Shown here: positions 49,378-57,942 of the stretch, in pieces
Position numbering within the stretch: position 1 is the stretch's first letter
Layout: each line of letters starts with the position of its first letter
From: a virus
DNA length: 64,000 nt
Reading direction: 5' to 3' (one strand)
IMG/VR virus record: IMGVR_UViG_3300025151_000017
Span: 52,942 to 116,941 of that record
Made by a program: the position numbers and the translations under genes
Notes under the pieces: model-generated
The model's input: only the letters and a program-made list of their open reading frames with translations
What the model was told of the DNA's origin: nothing
Databases searched by the model: none

Positions 49378-49795
49378 AGTAATTAATCGCAAGTTTGCGA
49401 CAATGGACAATAAGAAAATTAAAATGCAACTCAATGGGTTTGTATTGAATACTCATATCGACCATGTTGATGAACTATTTGACGAAGGGATTGTAAGATA
49501 CTTTGTTAATCATGTACTATATCAACTTGATGTACAAAGACAGATACACTTCGAAGAACAACTAAAAAATCCTGATAACCGACCTATCCCAGATGGGCAT
49601 GCTAACCAAGCAAGTATTGAAGAGCATAAAGTATATTGTGAAGTGGTATTGCAAGATCCTTCTAAACCTGATTGGTGGGAAGCTGATACTCGAGGAATCG
49701 CTTGGACTGTACATGAAGCTGGTCAAATGAACTTAAAAGACATAGACAACATCAGGTATGATATATATAGTATAGAGGACAAAAAAAATGATTAA
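49367..49795 (+). CDS. Hypothetical protein
   Basis: Overlapping ORF within the operon. Confidence 0.6.
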   Translation: MTSKVINRKFATMDNKKIKMQLNGFVLNTHIDHVDELFDEGIVRYFVNHVLYQLDVQRQIHFEEQLKNPDNRPIPDGHANQASIEEHKVYCEVVLQDPSKPDWWEADTRGIAWTVHEAGQMNLKDIDNIRYDIYSIEDKKND

Positions 49796-50015
49796 AAGAT
49801 ACAATAGGACTGAAAGATCTGAACTAATTGTAGAATCTGTAATTAAAAAATATGATGGTGAGATTGCTGAAGCAAATGCAAACTTACAGATTTATATTTC
49901 TAATTCAGTAGGTATCGGTGAACACGCAGAAGTGATAGCTGAAATCGATAAACTATTAGAGAAGATTGCATCTGCCGAAGAAAAAAAAGCAATGATAAAG
50001 AAATATACAGCATGA
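49788..50015 (+). CDS. Small conserved helical protein
   Basis: A.ANL..Y..NSVGIGEH. Confidence 0.65.
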   Translation: MIKRYNRTERSELIVESVIKKYDGEIAEANANLQIYISNSVGIGEHAEVIAEIDKLLEKIASAEEKKAMIKKYTA

Positions 50016-50380
50016 CACCAAGAGCATCGATTATAGGACATGGTATTGATATGGTTCTCGAGTCTCGTTTTGAGAGACGAAGAGAGAAGTGGTCAGAAAC
50101 TATCCTGTCCCCAAAAGAGAAAGAGATTTATAATGGACTGCTAGATAGGCAGAAGTGTAATTATCTAGCAAAGGTATGGGTGTTAAAAGAAGCATTTGTG
50201 AAAGCAAGGCAACACCCAATCGTTGGTATGAAAGAAGCTAGAATGTTTTCTTATATCTCACCGAACTTAGTACCGAGTAAAGAGATAGCAGAAAAATTAA
50301 AAGGAGTAAACATACATTGTTCGCTGTCGGATTTCAAGGGTTGCGTAATTGGCTCAGTAATTTTAGAGAAAGCCATCTAA
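50012..50380 (+). CDS. acpS: Holo-ACP synthase (4'-phosphopantetheinyl transferase)
   Basis: GHGIDMV...RF, LS..E, LA..W..KEAFVKA and H.SLS. Confidence 0.85.
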   Translation: MTPRASIIGHGIDMVLESRFERRREKWSETILSPKEKEIYNGLLDRQKCNYLAKVWVLKEAFVKARQHPIVGMKEARMFSYISPNLVPSKEIAEKLKGVNIHCSLSDFKGCVIGSVILEKAI

Positions 50381-51261
50381 CAACCTATAAAATTAATTTT
50401 CGTATCAGGTATTGGTGGTGGACCCAGCTTTGCCTGTTAGGAATAATTGTATTTGGTCGCTGGGACTTGATACCCTATGTTCTCGCATGGTGGTTTTTTG
50501 GAGCGATGGCTATAACAATATATGCTCATAGAGGATTATCACATAATAGTATAACAGTAAAATGGAAATGGCTCGAACACTTATTCTGCTCTCTTTGTAT
50601 AGTAAGCAACATCGGAAGTCCACTCGCTTGGGCAGTAATACACCGAATGCATCACGCATATCTAGACGAGGAGAGAGATCCACACAGTCCACATCAAATT
50701 GGTTTCTTAAGATCCTTAACCCATAGATGGGATGTACCTTTTGAAAATGTGCCACTAAGATTTACAAGAGGATTACTTAGAAACGAAACTGCTAGATGGT
50801 ATCACGATAATAGTTTTAAATCTATGTGTATTACTATCTTTGGTGCATACTTACTAATGTTATTATGGGGTATTATTGTAGAGACTTATACTAATGGAAT
50901 ATTCGTAATGCTTCCAGAACTATGGTATTATCTGACTAACTTCTATTGGTACGATGGTCCATATCTTTATATTCAAGAGTGGGGACTTAACTTTGCATGG
51001 GCAGCATTTGCTGGAGCAGGTCTTGGGCAATGGTCTATGGGTATTACTAACGCATGGCAACATAGTGATAAACGAGGTAAACAATACATTCGTAATGTTC
51101 CATGGTATCTAAGTTTTATAAACTGGGGAGAAGGCAGTCATGATTATCATCATACAAACCCTAGAGATTACAGTTTCGGAAAAGGATTAAACGATCCTAC
51201 ACAATATTTTATACTTTTTTTGGAAAAGATTGGAGCAGTGAGTATAAATAGAAATATATAA
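50317..51261 (+). CDS. Membrane fatty acid desaturase (delta-9/DesC-like)
   Basis: His boxes HRGLSH, HRMHH and GEGSHDYHH, plus DPHSP. Start codon uncertain. Confidence 0.9.
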   Translation: MFAVGFQGLRNWLSNFRESHLTTYKINFRIRYWWWTQLCLLGIIVFGRWDLIPYVLAWWFFGAMAITIYAHRGLSHNSITVKWKWLEHLFCSLCIVSNIGSPLAWAVIHRMHHAYLDEERDPHSPHQIGFLRSLTHRWDVPFENVPLRFTRGLLRNETARWYHDNSFKSMCITIFGAYLLMLLWGIIVETYTNGIFVMLPELWYYLTNFYWYDGPYLYIQEWGLNFAWAAFAGAGLGQWSMGITNAWQHSDKRGKQYIRNVPWYLSFINWGEGSHDYHHTNPRDYSFGKGLNDPTQYFILFLEKIGAVSINRNI

Positions 51262-51430
51262 TGTTCCAGTTTACGAAGTGGATGATGGTACACAGAAGAG
51301 AGAGCAAGCAAGTACCCCAATCATCTGAGTTGGTATCTTTCGGTACTAAACTCCCCAATCCGATGGGTCACTTCGATGCAGTTTTGGTAGTTTCTGCTCA
51401 ACAAAAAACTACCACTTGATTGTAAACTTC
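51261..51430 (+). ncRNA. Candidate structured RNA under a late promoter
   Basis: TATAAATA 51243-51250. Pairings 51268-74/51422-28, 51274-80/51369-75, 51327-53 (hairpin) and 51385-93/51406-14. Confidence 0.45.
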
Positions 51431-51446
51431 CAACTTGAAAGGAAAT

Positions 51447-51725
51447 ATGATGGAAGATATGGTTTTGGAAATGAATACTGATTTGGTTGATTATATTATT
51501 ACCCTTACATTCTCATTTCTATTTTTTGTAGTAGGTTGGGCAATGCCACGAGGTAATGCCCTGAAAAAAATTCAAGGTAAAATCTTTAAAAGGATTTACA
51601 ACTGGACAGGTGTGTTTATGGTGAAGCTACATAACTTCTTTGCGGATAGTGAGTTTCATCTAGAGCATGTCTGGCAGGATACTAAGGACTATGTCAGAAA
51701 GAAATATGGCTATAAGAAAAAATAA
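51447..51725 (+). CDS. Small membrane protein
   Basis: AAAGGA RBS and one TM. Confidence 0.6.
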   Translation: MMEDMVLEMNTDLVDYIITLTFSFLFFVVGWAMPRGNALKKIQGKIFKRIYNWTGVFMVKLHNFFADSEFHLEHVWQDTKDYVRKKYGYKKK

Positions 51726-52516
51726 TGTTTAGACCACCTTATCATGTAGAGTTAAAAGATGTACCATTTCCTTTATCTAAGAAGGAACTGGAGAAACAGA
51801 TTGCACGATACGATAAGGAGCATGGTGATTGGGCAAAGCGAAAAGAAGAAACTATACCTGAGATATGGCATACTGATAAAACATCAGCAGCATATGGTGC
51901 GTATGGTTTTGTAGCAAATCTTTGGATAAATCATGAAAGATTTACACCTGAGTTTCAGCTATGGTTAGATAAACATTTAATAAAGCCAGCACTGGTCGGA
52001 ACTATATTCGTTTCCCCACCTGGATATTCACTGCGTCCACACATAGACCATACTGATTATAGTCATAGATATTATTGGCGACTTAACTTTCCTGTTGGTT
52101 TAGAAGACAACGAAGATAAGTGTATGACTTTCTGGGATCCTCGTGATTGTGTAATGGAAAGACGAAATAAAATTAACCACCCAAAGATGCCACATACAAA
52201 CTCAATGAGTTTGATTGAGTTTGATGATGCTACACGACCAAAGGTTAAAAAACATTTTGATACACAACTAGGTGCATGTTCAATTGTATGTGTAGGTGGA
52301 CCTGACTGTGCTCATAGTATGATATATGATGGCGAAAAAGAATCCTACACTATTTCTATAGCAATTGTAGATAAATTAACTAATCATAATTTTGAAAAAT
52401 GGGAAGCTATAGAAAAAAGATTAGGGCAATATTTTGTAAAAGAAGATAAACCATCTCCCATAAAAGCATGGGTGAAAGAGGATGGAGAATTTGGATGGAG
52501 TAGAGATGTTACATGA
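51725..52516 (+). CDS. Putative cupin/2OG-Fe(II) oxygenase
   Basis: PPGY.L.PHID, RLNFP, MTFWD and VG....HS. Paralogue of the next gene. Confidence 0.55.
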   Translation: MFRPPYHVELKDVPFPLSKKELEKQIARYDKEHGDWAKRKEETIPEIWHTDKTSAAYGAYGFVANLWINHERFTPEFQLWLDKHLIKPALVGTIFVSPPGYSLRPHIDHTDYSHRYYWRLNFPVGLEDNEDKCMTFWDPRDCVMERRNKINHPKMPHTNSMSLIEFDDATRPKVKKHFDTQLGACSIVCVGGPDCAHSMIYDGEKESYTISIAIVDKLTNHNFEKWEAIEKRLGQYFVKEDKPSPIKAWVKEDGEFGWSRDVT

Positions 52517-53534
52517 ACCATATTACATGTCTTTGAAAGACACACTCGAACGACCTATTACTAATGAAGACTTACATGAGATATTAACACCACTAAGAGA
52601 GAATCTTAATCGTGGCAATATATGTGTTAGGAATAGTTATTTTCGTATTGAAATGATGAAGCAGTGGAGGGACATGATGCTTATGCCTTATGGTTGTAGT
52701 ATCTTTCGTGCCTTACCACATTATAGAATGTCACCACATGTTGATAGTCCGAGTCGTCCTAACTGGGGCAGAGTGACTTGGGCATATGAAGAAGTAAGTC
52801 CTGGCATATATGAACCATGGCAACCAGATGAAAACGAGTCATCTATTATGACTTACTGGGATGCTAGTGAAGCAGAGGAATGGACTTCTGATATGTGTAA
52901 TGTATCAGGCGATCCTGATAGAGATCTAACTTATGTAATCCCTAGAGAAAAAAGATTGCCAGGATGGGGAACTGGGTTGAAAGAAGAACTAAGTTTTCAA
53001 ATGTCATATCCTGGATTAATTAATGTAGGACAACCACATTCAGTATGGCATACTTCTGACAAACCTCGTATCGCTATATCTATTGAGTTTATGAATAGGA
53101 AAGGTGAGTTTGAAGGATTTGACAAACTGGCTAAAACCTTACAAAGATTTGGTTATGCTGATTTAGAAAGGGATGACCGAACTAAAAAATATGGCAGTAG
53201 AATGACGAATAGATTTACTTGCCTATATAATAAAGAGACAAATGAAGATGTTCCTGAAACTGTTTTTGATGAGAAAGCACTCAAAGAAAAAATAGAAAAA
53301 CATCTAGGTAGTAATGCTGCTGGTATGTCTTGGGAAGAAGCTGAAGAAGTTTATCTCAAGGAGAGATTACTCGAGAAGGGTGCACCTCCTGGGAAAATGT
53401 TAGAAGCACAAGGTCTAGATTATGACCAGTTCTTAGAAAAGAAAGGTGTCGGATTTAGATATGTTATAGGCAATGTTATGCAGAGCCTAGTGAACATCGA
53501 GGATGAATATAGGGCAAAATACCCTAACAAATAA
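52506..53534 (+). CDS. Putative cupin/2OG-Fe(II) oxygenase
   Basis: PHY.M.PHVD, MTYWD, LINVGQPHSV and RIAIS. Confidence 0.6.
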   Translation: MLHEPYYMSLKDTLERPITNEDLHEILTPLRENLNRGNICVRNSYFRIEMMKQWRDMMLMPYGCSIFRALPHYRMSPHVDSPSRPNWGRVTWAYEEVSPGIYEPWQPDENESSIMTYWDASEAEEWTSDMCNVSGDPDRDLTYVIPREKRLPGWGTGLKEELSFQMSYPGLINVGQPHSVWHTSDKPRIAISIEFMNRKGEFEGFDKLAKTLQRFGYADLERDDRTKKYGSRMTNRFTCLYNKETNEDVPETVFDEKALKEKIEKHLGSNAAGMSWEEAEEVYLKERLLEKGAPPGKMLEAQGLDYDQFLEKKGVGFRYVIGNVMQSLVNIEDEYRAKYPNK

Positions 53535-53546
53535 ATGGAGTAGATT

Positions 53547-54770
53547 ATGAAACCTGTACATGTAGTTGGCTATGGTATGTCCGATGCTCTCGGCATAAAC
53601 CCCACCGAATGTTATCAAAAGATGCTAGATCCTAACGATTACTCTCGTGAGATCCCTGGCATGAAAAAACAATGCGAAGAGATATTTCACTTAATCATAC
53701 ATCGTGGTGCGATGCATGACGAAGATCGTATTATCATGCCTGATGGTTTTGATAAAAAGATGTGGCGAAGTATGACTAATGCTCAGAAGATGATGAGTAA
53801 TACCACAGAACAAGCTATGCAAATGGCAGGTATAGAACGCAGTCCTAATGTAGCAGTTCTTGCTAGTACAGTTTCAAATGATACTGAAGGAATCGATGTG
53901 TACTTTGAATATATTAAGTACATGAAAAGAGGTAATGCTCGTAGAGCAGTAAATAGGATTCCTGATATGGGATGTATGCATATTACATCTTACTATGGTT
54001 TCAAAGGTTTATCTACAGCTACTTTTGCATCTTGTGCTACAGGTATGGTCAATATTGATTATGCTATGCGACTTGTAGATGAATACGATTATGTTATTTG
54101 TACTGCTGGTGATTGTGCTAACTTCCCAATGGGCATTAAATACTTTGCTTGTTTAGGAGCATTAGCAAATTACTCTTTACCATTTGACGATAGGAGACAA
54201 GGTTTTCTTATGGGTGATGGTGGTGCTTGTATGATTTTACAATCAGAAGAAAAGATGAAAGAGTTTGGTAGTAAATCTTATGCTAAGTTGTATCAATGTG
54301 GTATGGCAAGTGACGCAGTAGATATGGTAAACCCAGAGGGAACTGGTACTCGTACTGCTATGCTTGATGCACTTGACCATTATGGTACTGGTGCTGTAGA
54401 TTATGTTTGTACTCATGGTACAAGTACAATAGCAGGAGATCCTATCGAGTATGAAGCAGTATCGGAAGTATTGCCAGGAACTAAAATGTGGGCACCGAAA
54501 AGTAAAATCGGTCACACACTTGCAGCATCTGGTATCCTAGAAGGTTGCTATGCTATTGAGAGTATGAGAAATGGTGTAGTACCACATATTCAAAACTTAA
54601 AAGAATGTTCACTTGATGTACATGGTACTTTAGTTCGAGAGAATGAAGAGTTTACTATGCATAACAGAAAGCGAAGTATGCTAAATAATTCATTCGGCTT
54701 TGGTGGTAAATGTATGTCACAAGTTATAGAAGTAGAATTGGAGCAACATGAAAGAGCAAACCCAGAATAA
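53547..54770 (+). CDS. Beta-ketoacyl-ACP synthase (FabF/FabB type)
   Basis: Cys-His-His triad: ASCATG, THGTST..GD..E and KSKIGHT. Also PFD.RR.GF.MG.G and NSFGFGG. Confidence 0.92.
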   Translation: MKPVHVVGYGMSDALGINPTECYQKMLDPNDYSREIPGMKKQCEEIFHLIIHRGAMHDEDRIIMPDGFDKKMWRSMTNAQKMMSNTTEQAMQMAGIERSPNVAVLASTVSNDTEGIDVYFEYIKYMKRGNARRAVNRIPDMGCMHITSYYGFKGLSTATFASCATGMVNIDYAMRLVDEYDYVICTAGDCANFPMGIKYFACLGALANYSLPFDDRRQGFLMGDGGACMILQSEEKMKEFGSKSYAKLYQCGMASDAVDMVNPEGTGTRTAMLDALDHYGTGAVDYVCTHGTSTIAGDPIEYEAVSEVLPGTKMWAPKSKIGHTLAASGILEGCYAIESMRNGVVPHIQNLKECSLDVHGTLVRENEEFTMHNRKRSMLNNSFGFGGKCMSQVIEVELEQHERANPE

Positions 54771-55044
54771 ACAATTAGAAATGTTTGGGGATCCTAACGC
54801 AGAAAAAAGGATCGCTGAACTTGAAGAAGAACTTAAAAACTTAAAAGCAGCATACGATCGTCTGGCTTTGATGTATCAACAAGAAACTACACCAACTATG
54901 ACAACGCATGCTAAACCAGGAGAAGCTCTTTACACTGACGAAGTATTAGAAAATGGTCAGAGAAGAAGAGTCCCTCGTAGAAAACTAGAAGATTGGGAGG
55001 AAGCAGGTGTCGCAAGAGAACATTTCACAGGCTGGGATAATTAA
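54748..55044 (+). CDS. Hypothetical coiled-coil protein
   Basis: GGAG RBS. Confidence 0.6.
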   Translation: MKEQTQNKQLEMFGDPNAEKRIAELEEELKNLKAAYDRLALMYQQETTPTMTTHAKPGEALYTDEVLENGQRRRVPRRKLEDWEEAGVAREHFTGWDN

Positions 55045-55072
55045 ATTATTCCAGAATAAAAAACCATTTGAC

Positions 55073-55429
55073 ATGGTAAAAGAATGGATGGAACTAGCAG
55101 GACAGCAAGTACCATCTGAAGAATTAGCAGATACAGGATATAACGAACAAGCAAACTTATATGCTGATTTGATTGATGAAGAATTTAACGAATTCATGGC
55201 AGCATTTGGAATGAAAGACGAAGTCGAGCAACTCGACGCAGTCTGTGATATTATTTGGGTATGTGCTGGCTATGCTCATTCAAAAGGGTGGGATCTAAAC
55301 AAAGCATTCGCTGAAGTGGGTCGTTCAAACTACTCTAAATTCCCTACAACAAAGGATCCAAAGACTGGAAAAGTCCTAAAGTCTAAGAATTTTTCTCCAC
55401 CTGATTTAAAAAAACTTATAAGTAATTGA
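55073..55429 (+). CDS. MazG-like all-alpha NTP pyrophosphohydrolase
   Basis: LIDEEFNEF, LDAVCDII, F.EV.RSN.SK and GKVLK. Start uncertain. Confidence 0.85.
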   Translation: MVKEWMELAGQQVPSEELADTGYNEQANLYADLIDEEFNEFMAAFGMKDEVEQLDAVCDIIWVCAGYAHSKGWDLNKAFAEVGRSNYSKFPTTKDPKTGKVLKSKNFSPPDLKKLISN

Positions 55430-55496
55430 TTTTATATAACAAAATAATATAAAAAATACTTTACTTTTGGGTCAAAATCAGGTAGAATACCTGTAT
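55429..55496 (+). repeat. 68-bp promoter-containing repeat, copy 2
   Basis: Matches 11145-11212. TTTACT 55460-65 and TAGAAT 55483-88. An IHF-consensus site at 55419-55431 overlaps its 5' end. Confidence 0.9.
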
Positions 55497-56010
55497 GAAT
55501 AAAAAAATATATCTAGATATGGACGGAGTTTTAGCTAACTTCGACGATTATTATTTTAGGAATGGCAGACATTCTTTTATCTATGAAGAGTTTAGACAAG
55601 AAGTCATGGATAATAAGTTGTTTGAAAATCTACCTAAGATGGTAAACATGGATGAGTTGGTCGACTCAGTAAGAGCGATCGCTGAAAAACATGATTATAA
55701 AATTGAAATCTTGTCAAGTGTTCATACACTATACGATGACCAATACACTGAGTCTTGCAGACAAAAAAGAAAGTGGTTAGTAAAAAATGGTATGGGCGAC
55801 TTACCAACTAACTTCGTAAAAGGTAGAACTGAAAAAGGAACTTATGGTTCTGATGGTGATATCTTAATCGATGACCAACTTACTTGTGTTCATTACTTTA
55901 ATGAAAATGGTGGTGTTGGTATTGGTCATAAAAATGTTATCGATACTCTTACATTACTTCAGAAGGTTATCGCTGACAGAAAATTACAAGAGGTGAGACT
56001 TGCTAGTTAA
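55495..56010 (+). CDS. 5'(3')-deoxyribonucleotidase-like HAD protein
   Basis: YLDMDGVLANF, ILSS, K..WL, ILIDD and GG.GI.H. Confidence 0.85.
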   Translation: MNKKIYLDMDGVLANFDDYYFRNGRHSFIYEEFRQEVMDNKLFENLPKMVNMDELVDSVRAIAEKHDYKIEILSSVHTLYDDQYTESCRQKRKWLVKNGMGDLPTNFVKGRTEKGTYGSDGDILIDDQLTCVHYFNENGGVGIGHKNVIDTLTLLQKVIADRKLQEVRLAS

Positions 56011-56017
56011 GAAAGAT

Positions 56018-56545
56018 ATGAATATGTTTAAGGGACAGTTCTCTCAGAGAATATCCCTTGCTGGTGCATACGCAAAGAATGCTCATGTCGGACAGAAAAG
56101 AAAGTACACAGGTGAGCCATACATCGTTCATCCTGCTGCTGTAGCAGAATTACTTCGACTAAATTATAAAGACTGCACTGAGGATATGTACATGGCAGCA
56201 CTTCTACATGATACTGTAGAAGATACTGACGCAACACATGAAGAGATAGCACGATTCTTTGGCGACAAAGTCAGCGAACTGGTTAAAGGTTTGACTGATG
56301 TATCAAAGCCAGAAGATGGGAATCGTGCTACTCGAAAAGCAATAGATCGTGACCATCTTGCTCAAGGTAGTAAAGAGGTGCAGACGATAAAGGTTTTTGA
56401 CTTGATACATAACACAGAATCTATTAGGGAACACGATCCTAAATTCTGGGAAGTATATAAGTTAGAAAAGCAAGATCTACTTAATGTGATGACTAAAGTA
56501 GATCCCGAAATTAAACAACTCGCATGGGAGAGTATAAAAGACTAA
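56018..56545 (+). CDS. Stand-alone RelA/SpoT-type HD hydrolase (Mesh1-like)
   Basis: AH.GQKRKY.GEPYIVHP, ALLHDTVEDT and K..D..HN. Confidence 0.85.
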   Translation: MNMFKGQFSQRISLAGAYAKNAHVGQKRKYTGEPYIVHPAAVAELLRLNYKDCTEDMYMAALLHDTVEDTDATHEEIARFFGDKVSELVKGLTDVSKPEDGNRATRKAIDRDHLAQGSKEVQTIKVFDLIHNTESIREHDPKFWEVYKLEKQDLLNVMTKVDPEIKQLAWESIKD

Positions 56546-56550
56546 AATAA

Positions 56551-56988
56551 ATGAAAACAACTTTAATAGCAATCTTTGGTATTTGCCTTGGTACAACAGC
56601 CATAATTTCTATGGCATATGCTAATGCTGATGTCAAAGGTTATACTGATGTTCATGGTTGTTGGGGTGAATGTTATGAAGAACATGTTAAAAAGTTCGGT
56701 ACATTCAGCGAACAGCTTGAAGCAAAAAGGGTTGCAATGCAACAAGAAACACCAGCCGATAGAGGTGGTAAGTTATATGTAAATTGCAACATGTGTCATG
56801 GTATGAAAGGAGAAGGTGGTATCGGACCGAAACTATCTGGTTCTACCTCTATTGTAGCAATGCTAGAAGCATATAAAGCAGGAGAAACTAGAGGTGCTCA
56901 GTCAGCATTAATGTGGGGACAGGCAGCAAATCTATCTACTCAGGATATGGAAGATATCCAAGCATATATTTCATCGCTTGACATTTAA
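56551..56988 (+). CDS. Secreted c-type cytochrome (c553-like)
   Basis: Signal peptide, CNMCHG.KGEG..GPKL and distal Met (ALMWGQA..LS). Confidence 0.85.
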   Translation: MKTTLIAIFGICLGTTAIISMAYANADVKGYTDVHGCWGECYEEHVKKFGTFSEQLEAKRVAMQQETPADRGGKLYVNCNMCHGMKGEGGIGPKLSGSTSIVAMLEAYKAGETRGAQSALMWGQAANLSTQDMEDIQAYISSLDI

Positions 56989-57006
56989 GTTTTTTTAACT
57001 TAGAAT
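56978..57006 (+). promoter_or_regulatory. Promoter TTGACA-N17-TAGAAT
   Basis: Near-consensus sigma70 with the same spacer as the family. ATG at 57013. Confidence 0.8.
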
Positions 57007-57012
57007 TATATT

Positions 57013-57174
57013 ATGTTTATAACTATACTTGATTATTTACTCATCTTCGGATGTATTTTTATCTGCTGTGGAATAGTATGGACAGATGCCAAGTTTCGTA
57101 TTGAAAAACGCAGAGAAAAAGCGAAGCAACTGAGAGAAGAGTTTTTGGAAAGAATGGAGTTAGGTGATGATTGA
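57013..57174 (+). CDS. Small membrane protein (53 aa, not in ORF track)
   Basis: N-terminal TM and charged tail. ATG lies 6 nt after the -10 box. Confidence 0.55.
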   Translation: MFITILDYLLIFGCIFICCGIVWTDAKFRIEKRREKAKQLREEFLERMELGDD

Positions 57175-57373
57175 GATGAATGAATTCTATCAGGGATATT
57201 TACTCGGAGCATGCATCGTATCCTTCGTTCTTATATTATGTACGATCTTATCACTACAAGATAAAAGGATTAAAACTTATAGATTGGGTGAGATAGTAAA
57301 GGATCGTAAGAAACCAGCGAAATACTTTGACCATCAGGGTATGGTAAAGTACACGGAAGGAGATAATACATGA
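57164..57373 (+). CDS. Small membrane protein
   Basis: One TM. Confidence 0.55.
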   Translation: MMIEMNEFYQGYLLGACIVSFVLILCTILSLQDKRIKTYRLGEIVKDRKKPAKYFDHQGMVKYTEGDNT

Positions 57374-57942
57374 ATGTTTTTGCATTACATCAGCATCCTA
57401 TTGCTGCAGCAAAGATGCATTGTGACAAGCATGTCGTTAAGATGATACTAGAAACTGCTCAACTACTATCTACTGCTCATCGTATGTTAGATGGTAAACT
57501 TGAGAAGAGAGATTCGGTATCAGGTAAAACTAAAACCAAGTATTGGGTACTCGAAGAAAGTAATATGGAACAGGTGTTATATCGTGCTACCATGATGAAC
57601 CATCCTTGTGCTATATGGATTCGTGAAACCGATGCTAATTACATGTGGGCATATAATCTATTCGTAGGACTCTGCGATGAATACACACATCGCTATGGTA
57701 AAGTACACAAGACCGATGCTTTACTGCGTGATGCTTTGATGTTTACCCCACACAATATAAAACGAGCAGGACTTACTAAGTTTCCCCAAGCTATGCCTGA
57801 CGATGTGAAACACGAAGATAGTATCGTGGCTTATCGACAATACTATCTCAAATACAAATCAGACTTTGCTAAATGGACAAAGAGGGAAGTTCCACTATGG
57901 TACGATGAAGTACATGGGACTAATGCTTGTTATGCCAGCTAA
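57370..57942 (+). CDS. Pyrimidine-dimer glycosylase / DenV-like protein
   Basis: HCDKHVVKMILETAQLLSTAH, NHPC.IW, EYT.RYGK.H and AYRQYY. Confidence 0.8.
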   Translation: MNVFALHQHPIAAAKMHCDKHVVKMILETAQLLSTAHRMLDGKLEKRDSVSGKTKTKYWVLEESNMEQVLYRATMMNHPCAIWIRETDANYMWAYNLFVGLCDEYTHRYGKVHKTDALLRDALMFTPHNIKRAGLTKFPQAMPDDVKHEDSIVAYRQYYLKYKSDFAKWTKREVPLWYDEVHGTNACYAS

